Below the pieces are notes generated by a model. It worked only from the letters and a program-made list of their open reading frames with translations, was not told the origin of the DNA and ran no database searches. Of a stretch of 64,000 nucleotides of DNA, positions 58,778-64,000 are shown one piece after another; position 1 is the first letter of the stretch, and each line of letters begins with the position of its first letter. The translations under genes were made by a program, and so were the position numbers. Origin of the DNA: an uncultured Candidatus Saccharibacteria bacterium (GTDB lineage: Bacteria > Patescibacteriota > Minisyncoccia > Phycocordibacterales > CAIZLB01); the NCBI GenBank assembly GCA_964450605.1, contig CAYVEK010000002.1, positions 14,384 to 78,383 on the forward strand. Reading direction: 5' to 3'.

Positions 58778-60508
58778 TATATCTTTTAACGTATTCTCAT
58801 CAACTTCCTTCTTAAGTTCTTCGGCTGTTGGAGTTAGTGACACAGGTGCAGTACCCTGAACCGGAGGTGGTGTTTGTCTCGGAACATCTTTTTGCGCAGG
58901 ATAGTCTGTTGTAGCTTGAGCACTATTTTCTTTTCCAAGTTCAGCAAATGCTTTTTTAAACGGATTATGTACCCGCTCACTCTTCTTAGGTTCAGACGGT
59001 CTATTTGCTCGAGGTATTTCTGGAATAGGAGGCATTTTAACTTCTACGGTATCACCACCAACCTTAGTATCTACACGAGGCTTTTCTTCCTTGACATACC
59101 GAGGAGTGTCTGCCAATTTCGGTTTTTCAGTTTGCTTTTGTTGTTTGTTTTGATCTTGTTTTCCAGAGTTTCCTGCCCCTGCTCCGGTTCCAGCACTACT
59201 ACCACTATTGCCAAGTGTCCACTCAAGAATATGCTTCTCAACTTCTGCTCGTGGGCGTGAATATGTATTTCTAGAACTTTCTAGTATCTGTTGCACATAT
59301 TGTTCTTTTGATTCTGGCCAAGGGCCCAGGTTAACCGCAGAAAACGCACCTGAAGTCACGCCATCTATCATAAGTTTTAGATACATCTGATATCTTCCAA
59401 GATTTACAAAATCTTCTACTGTGAAAGTTGGCTGGAATTCTTTTTCGAGAGCCTCTCCATCTTCGGCTCCGACTCGAAAGGCGATCATGGTTCCCACGTT
59501 TCCAAATACAGCATCACGCACGACATCAGTCATTTGTTTTACATACTGATGAGCAACGATAAGGCCGAGTTTATATTTTCGAGACTGCGCAAGTATCTGT
59601 GCAAATGAATCATTGGTAAAGTTTTGAAACTCATCTACATACAAATAAAATGGTGGGAGTTGTTTTAACTCTCTATCAGTCTTATCAGCACGAGACATGG
59701 CGGCGAGATATATCTTAGTTACAAAAAGAGAACCAAGCAAGTTTACTGCATCTTCCCCAATACGTCCTATAGATAGGTTGAACAAAATAATCTTTTTCTC
59801 ATCCATGGCTCGACGCAGGTCAAAAGAAGAAAACTTTTGACCAATAATATTTCGTATCAAACTATTTGAAATAAACTGTCCTACCTTGTTTTGTATAGCA
59901 GGTACAGCTTCAGCTGCCATCTTTTCTGTATAGTTCGCAAACTCTTTTTCCCAATACATTTTTACGGTCGGCTCTTTGACTCGGGCTACTACATCATTTC
60001 TAAATTTCTTGTCAGACAGCATGCGGTTTACATCAAGTAAAGTCGCTTCTGGTATCTCAAGCAATGCTAGTAGTGTATAGTTTAGGATGTATTCCATACG
60101 AGCACTCCACTGATCTTGCCAGATCTTCTTAAATGTACTCATAAGACCTGAAACTATAAGCTGAGCCCGAACAGGGTTTAGTTCCGCATCTCCTGATGTA
60201 TCCTCCAGAACATTGAAGGCTATAGGATGCTCTAGGTCAAAAGGTGCAACGTATATAACATCTTTTATACGATGCTCTGGGACGTACTCCATAAGAAGAT
60301 CAACAGTTTTACCGTGTGGATCTAGAAATGCTAAACCTTCGCCATTTTGTATGTCCTGAATGGCCATATTTTCGAGCAAGGTCGACTTACCCATACCGGT
60401 TTTACCGATAACGTACATGTGTTTTAGACGGTCTTCCTGGTAGATACCAAACTTCTTCTGGCTATTACGAGAATCCGTGAATCCAAAATAGGTAACTCTA
60501 TTATCCAT
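58766..60508 (-). CDS. VirD4/TraG/HerA-like ATPase (type IV secretion coupling-protein-like)
   Basis: DRLKHMYVIGKTGMGKSTL, LDPHG, LYVDEFQNF, SRKY.L.L..AHQ, GNVGT; low-complexity C-terminus; start at ATG 60508. Confidence 0.88.
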   Translation of the reverse strand: MDNRVTYFGFTDSRNSQKKFGIYQEDRLKHMYVIGKTGMGKSTLLENMAIQDIQNGEGLAFLDPHGKTVDLLMEYVPEHRIKDVIYVAPFDLEHPIAFNVLEDTSGDAELNPVRAQLIVSGLMSTFKKIWQDQWSARMEYILNYTLLALLEIPEATLLDVNRMLSDKKFRNDVVARVKEPTVKMYWEKEFANYTEKMAAEAVPAIQNKVGQFISNSLIRNIIGQKFSSFDLRRAMDEKKIILFNLSIGRIGEDAVNLLGSLFVTKIYLAAMSRADKTDRELKQLPPFYLYVDEFQNFTNDSFAQILAQSRKYKLGLIVAHQYVKQMTDVVRDAVFGNVGTMIAFRVGAEDGEALEKEFQPTFTVEDFVNLGRYQMYLKLMIDGVTSGAFSAVNLGPWPESKEQYVQQILESSRNTYSRPRAEVEKHILEWTLGNSGSSAGTGAGAGNSGKQDQNKQQKQTEKPKLADTPRYVKEEKPRVDTKVGGDTVEVKMPPIPEIPRANRPSEPKKSERVHNPFKKAFAELGKENSAQATTDYPAQKDVPRQTPPPVQGTAPVSLTPTAEELKKEVDENTLKDILGV

Positions 60509-60545
60509 ATATGGATATAGTACCATAATAGTATATAATATACAC

Positions 60546-61127
60546 ATGAATAAATTTGTATTAATACTATTGGGAATAAGTGTACTTACAACAGGTTTTA
60601 CAGTTCAAGCAACCACAGATGCTGAGATACAGGCACTTCTTAATCAAGCATATAGCAGTATGACAGGTGGAAATACCAGCTCTACCCCAAATCTACTTAA
60701 CACACCTACTACAAATACAACAGGTACCAATACCACAACTCAGAAAACAACAAAGCAAACTGTAAAAGTAGAGCGTTTAAACTACTCTCCCATTGTTCCT
60801 GATACATATGTAAAATTAAACAGCATAGTAAGTATCAACATACGAACTGCTGCAAGTGCAACAACTCCGATAGAGATATTTCTACTTGGTTTTGATGCAA
60901 ACTCAAATCCTGTAAAAAAGATTTTTATAAAAAATGTGTACAATGAAAAACCAAATGTAGTTAAACAGTACAAACTTATGATCAATCAAGATATTCTTGA
61001 TCAGGCCAAGAGAGCTGACTGGGTGCAGGTTGGATACTGTGTTGGAGGATGTAAAGTATCTAAAAGTAAAATGATAAAAGGAAGAATTATTTTGCCTCGT
61101 ATACAACCGACTTCTTCAAGTAATTAA
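60546..61127 (+). CDS. Hypothetical secreted protein with Thr-rich linker
   Basis: Signal peptide ending VQA; TPTTNTTGTNTTTQKTT; TATAAT-N6-ATG. Confidence 0.75.
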   Translation: MNKFVLILLGISVLTTGFTVQATTDAEIQALLNQAYSSMTGGNTSSTPNLLNTPTTNTTGTNTTTQKTTKQTVKVERLNYSPIVPDTYVKLNSIVSINIRTAASATTPIEIFLLGFDANSNPVKKIFIKNVYNEKPNVVKQYKLMINQDILDQAKRADWVQVGYCVGGCKVSKSKMIKGRIILPRIQPTSSSN

Positions 61128-62388
61128 GTAGTTTTGCGACGTCTCCATTTTTGTTATCACTCTTTAGAACGATCACAACAACCGTTCGCACTCCCCCTTT
61201 AGCCATATTTACATCAAACAAAGAAACGGTTGTTTGTTTTGCTTGATCTATAAAACCATTTTTACCACCAGCAAAACCTGTTGTTAGAAGTAATGCATTT
61301 TTGTTGTACCATGTATGGCCTTTGATAGAAAACTGTTTAACACGGGTCATATCATATATCTGCGGATCGTGCTTGTAGATATATCGCGCCAGCTTTAGTA
61401 AGTCATACGGGGTTGATATGTTTCGAGGGTCTAAACCACTTGGATCACCATAGTATGTGTCCAACATATTGAGCTCTGTCGCTTTTTTATTCATCTCTTC
61501 CATAAACTTTGCATGACCATACTGATCAGCAAAAACTTCTGCAGCATCATTACTTGACTCCATAAGCAATGGGAATAGTAGGTCTGCGAGTCGTATCTTT
61601 TCTCCAGAACCCAGATTTCCTTGTCCTCCGTAGGCACTTGTAGCATCACGAGATACAACTGCAACAGTTTGCATATCCATCTTTTCTCGGGCAACGAGAG
61701 CCGTCATAAGCTTACTTACCGAAGCAAGTGGATGTGCTACTTCAGCGTCTTTTTCCAAAATGACTTCACCTGTCTCAAGATCTGCAACTAGATACGCTTT
61801 CGAACTAAGAACTGGTGCAATAGCTTTCGGTAATACTGAGTAACGACCTTGCATAGACAAATCCTCAGAATCATCACTTCCTATCAGATGTGTTCCGTTA
61901 TTTCTACCACCTATCACAAGAGTTGTATCTGCATATTTATTGATATTATCAGTCAAAAAATTGTTTGGAGTATTTGCATCAACCCCAATCTGAGATACAC
62001 CTGGTATACCAAGATCCACTCGTGATATATCTTCTGCGTTTTTTTGTGTACCAAAGATAGAATCCATGCCTGATTTTACATATATATCAACATCTGTAGA
62101 GGTCGCTGTTGTACTCGCATGCATTTCTGGATTATGTAGAGATACTTCTTTTTTAATATTTGAAAATGCCAATAATACAAGTTGGGTGATAAAAGCAACG
62201 ACTGATACTCCAATAATCATAACTCCAATAATCCACAAAATACCTTTTTTAGAAAAAATATCTTTTGTAGTAAACAGAGATTGTTTAGGTGCAGCAAAAC
62301 TTGGAGCAACAGGAACAGCAACCTCTTGAGTATCAGACTCTTGAAGATTATTTTTTATTGATTGTGTATAAGAGTGAAAGTTAAGCAT
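61087..62388 (-). CDS. Membrane-anchored D-alanyl-D-alanine carboxypeptidase (peptidase S11)
   Basis: PLASVSKLMT (SxxK), SSNDAA (SxN), DPSGL, GGKNGF (KTG variant). Confidence 0.9.
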   Translation of the reverse strand: MLNFHSYTQSIKNNLQESDTQEVAVPVAPSFAAPKQSLFTTKDIFSKKGILWIIGVMIIGVSVVAFITQLVLLAFSNIKKEVSLHNPEMHASTTATSTDVDIYVKSGMDSIFGTQKNAEDISRVDLGIPGVSQIGVDANTPNNFLTDNINKYADTTLVIGGRNNGTHLIGSDDSEDLSMQGRYSVLPKAIAPVLSSKAYLVADLETGEVILEKDAEVAHPLASVSKLMTALVAREKMDMQTVAVVSRDATSAYGGQGNLGSGEKIRLADLLFPLLMESSNDAAEVFADQYGHAKFMEEMNKKATELNMLDTYYGDPSGLDPRNISTPYDLLKLARYIYKHDPQIYDMTRVKQFSIKGHTWYNKNALLLTTGFAGGKNGFIDQAKQTTVSLFDVNMAKGGVRTVVVIVLKSDNKNGDVAKLLNYLKKSVVYEAK

Positions 62389-62406
62389 ACAGTATTAGTA
62401 ACTTTA

Positions 62407-63321
62407 TTAAATATATGAAAATTCGTCAAATACCTTTCTAAAATTCTCAATCGCCTCCTCAACCATGGTTCGAGAGAGTGTAAAACTTGTCCCTTGATGT
62501 GCAAGTTCATTTCGTATCTTATGCGCTCGCCAAGCAAGATCGAGAGTTCCTATCTGTGATTTATTAGTATTTTTAAGTTTTTCCCCTATAGAATCTCCAG
62601 GAACCCCGATAGAATCAAGCAGGTCATATAACATGATATCTGCTTCCATGATAGCTATACGCCAATCTGATTGATTTGCAGAGTTATAGTATTTTTCAAC
62701 AATCTCCCATCTAGGATTACGTATACCGTTCGTATCACCTTCATATGAAGTTGGCACAGCTATCGAAGATTCATCAGATCCTGGAAGAGTGGTGATACCT
62801 ACAGGCTCGTTTTTTGTTGACTCATCCTTTTTAGGCTTCATGCCTTCTTTGATAAAGTTTAATCGAACTTTATTATGATATAGTAACAAACCAAATAATA
62901 GAGATAAAAATATAGAAGTAAAAAATACAGCGTAAAATATATTTTTAAACAAATCCAATAGTCTAAATTTTGTCTCATCAACAATACTTGGCTGTATTGT
63001 TTTTGATACAACCTGACCCTGTTCATTAACAACAGATTCTTCATGTGGATTTAGCAGATTATTGTAAAATCCTTTGATTGTTCCGTAAGGCTCTTCTTGA
63101 TTTTCATATTCGTAACCAGCAGTTGTTTGTGTTCCAGACTCCACACCTTCAAATAGGTTTATGGACTGATTTGAATCAAGTCTTGGAATAATAACCAAAA
63201 ACAATGATGCAATAACTAGCAAAATCAAAAACACATCCTCCCAATTTGCACCAAATACTTTCTTTGATTTTGGTGCTTCTTTTTTGTCATCCTTTTTTTC
63301 TACTTTCTTTTCTTCTGCCAT
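62407..63321 (-). CDS. Two-TM protein with C-terminal HEPN/DUF4145-like domain
   Basis: Two TM segments; AIMEAD..L, GEKLK, AWRAHKIRNELAH; TGcTATACT-N6-ATG at 63321. Confidence 0.7.
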   Translation of the reverse strand: MAEEKKVEKKDDKKEAPKSKKVFGANWEDVFLILLVIASLFLVIIPRLDSNQSINLFEGVESGTQTTAGYEYENQEEPYGTIKGFYNNLLNPHEESVVNEQGQVVSKTIQPSIVDETKFRLLDLFKNIFYAVFFTSIFLSLLFGLLLYHNKVRLNFIKEGMKPKKDESTKNEPVGITTLPGSDESSIAVPTSYEGDTNGIRNPRWEIVEKYYNSANQSDWRIAIMEADIMLYDLLDSIGVPGDSIGEKLKNTNKSQIGTLDLAWRAHKIRNELAHQGTSFTLSRTMVEEAIENFRKVFDEFSYI

Positions 63322-63325
63322 GCTT

Positions 63326-64000
63326 TTAGTATAGCATTTTTCCAAGCGCAAAAAGAATATCTTCTCTATCTGTATTTGCCATCAATTGTATACCAAGAGG
63401 CATGTTATTTTTTGTTCCCCATACCGGATGCCCGTGCTCATCATGTTGTGGTTTATATGGCAATGATATAGCCGGAACACCTGCCAAGTTTGCAGTTACA
63501 GTAAAGATATCTGCAAGGTACAATGAGAGTGTATCGCCTGCTTTTTCACCGATCTTGAAAGCTGTATCAGGAGTTGTTGGAAGAAGTATTGCATCAACTG
63601 ATTCAAATGCTTTTTTAATATCAGCAGTTAACAACTCTCGCAAAACGGTAGCTTTTCGATAATAGGCATCATGATAACCTGCAGAAAGTATGTATGTACC
63701 GAGCATGATTCGTTTTTTTACTTCACGCCCAAGTAGTTGTCCCCGTGTCTGCATATAGTCTTGTAGTAGATTTGATCCTTCGACTTTTTGTCCATATCTA
63801 ACTCCATCAAAACGAGCCATGTTTGATGACACTTCTGCTGGGACAAGTATGTAGTAAAGCGCCAAAGCTTTGGTCAAAAGAGGAATAGAAATATCTACAA
63901 ACTCAACTCCTTTTGTTTTTAGATCGGCAACTACATGCTCTATACTTTTCTTAACCTCATCAGTTACTCCATCTGTAAAAATAAATTCTCGAGGAATTCC
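63326..64000 (-). CDS. gatA: Asp/Glu-tRNA amidotransferase subunit A, C-terminal part (start outside the window)
   Basis: YYIL.PAEVSSNMARFDGVRYG, EVKKRIMLGTYILSAGY, DIFTVTANLAGVPAIS; frame open to the window edge. Confidence 0.96.
   Translation of the reverse strand, partial: GIPREFIFTDGVTDEVKKSIEHVVADLKTKGVEFVDISIPLLTKALALYYILVPAEVSSNMARFDGVRYGQKVEGSNLLQDYMQTRGQLLGREVKKRIMLGTYILSAGYHDAYYRKATVLRELLTADIKKAFESVDAILLPTTPDTAFKIGEKAGDTLSLYLADIFTVTANLAGVPAISLPYKPQHDEHGHPVWGTKNNMPLGIQLMANTDREDILFALGKMLY

Noticed and set aside
1-64000. Alternative genetic code 25 (TGA=Gly)
   Set aside because: Long conserved genes are intact under code 11 and rsmI ends at TGA at the expected position.
1-64000. CRISPR array, IS/transposase, prophage, tRNA or rRNA
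   Set aside because: No regularly spaced repeats, transposase/integrase/phage motifs or cloverleafs were recognised by eye; a diverged element could have been missed.

Overview
AT-rich bacterial chromosome segment that reads as Patescibacteria/CPR, probably Parcubacteria. This is inferred from gene content and divergence; TGA is used as a stop, so code 11. Most of it is housekeeping: secDF, dnaB, recR, rplU, uvrA, uvrB, rsmI, radC, pyk, mraZ-rsmH-(ftsL-like)-ftsI, mreB, mscL, murJ, RNase P RNA, rpoBC, secA and partial gatA. It also holds the start of a type I R-M locus (HTH-fused hsdM plus a RhuM-family gene cut by the left edge), a ~13.7 kb surface-glycan locus and a lone VirD4/TraG-like ATPase. 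The most notable signals are absent from the ORF track. (1) An orphan PemK/MazF-fold toxin faces a promoter-driven, three-hairpin antisense sRNA that overlaps its stop codon (candidate RNA antitoxin). (2) GC-richer orphan gene modules share a covarying +1 hairpin (AATGAC loop) and related 3' hairpins. (3) An unassigned ~150-nt structured RNA with its own promoter sits right after rnpB. (4) A 26-aa Lys/Ala histone-H1-like peptide forms its own transcription unit. (5) Many genes show a leaderless -10/N6/start-codon architecture. (6) RpoB has substitutions at four rifampicin-contact positions. No CRISPR array, tRNA, rRNA or transposase was recognised. All assignments come from reading motifs by eye; no searches were run.
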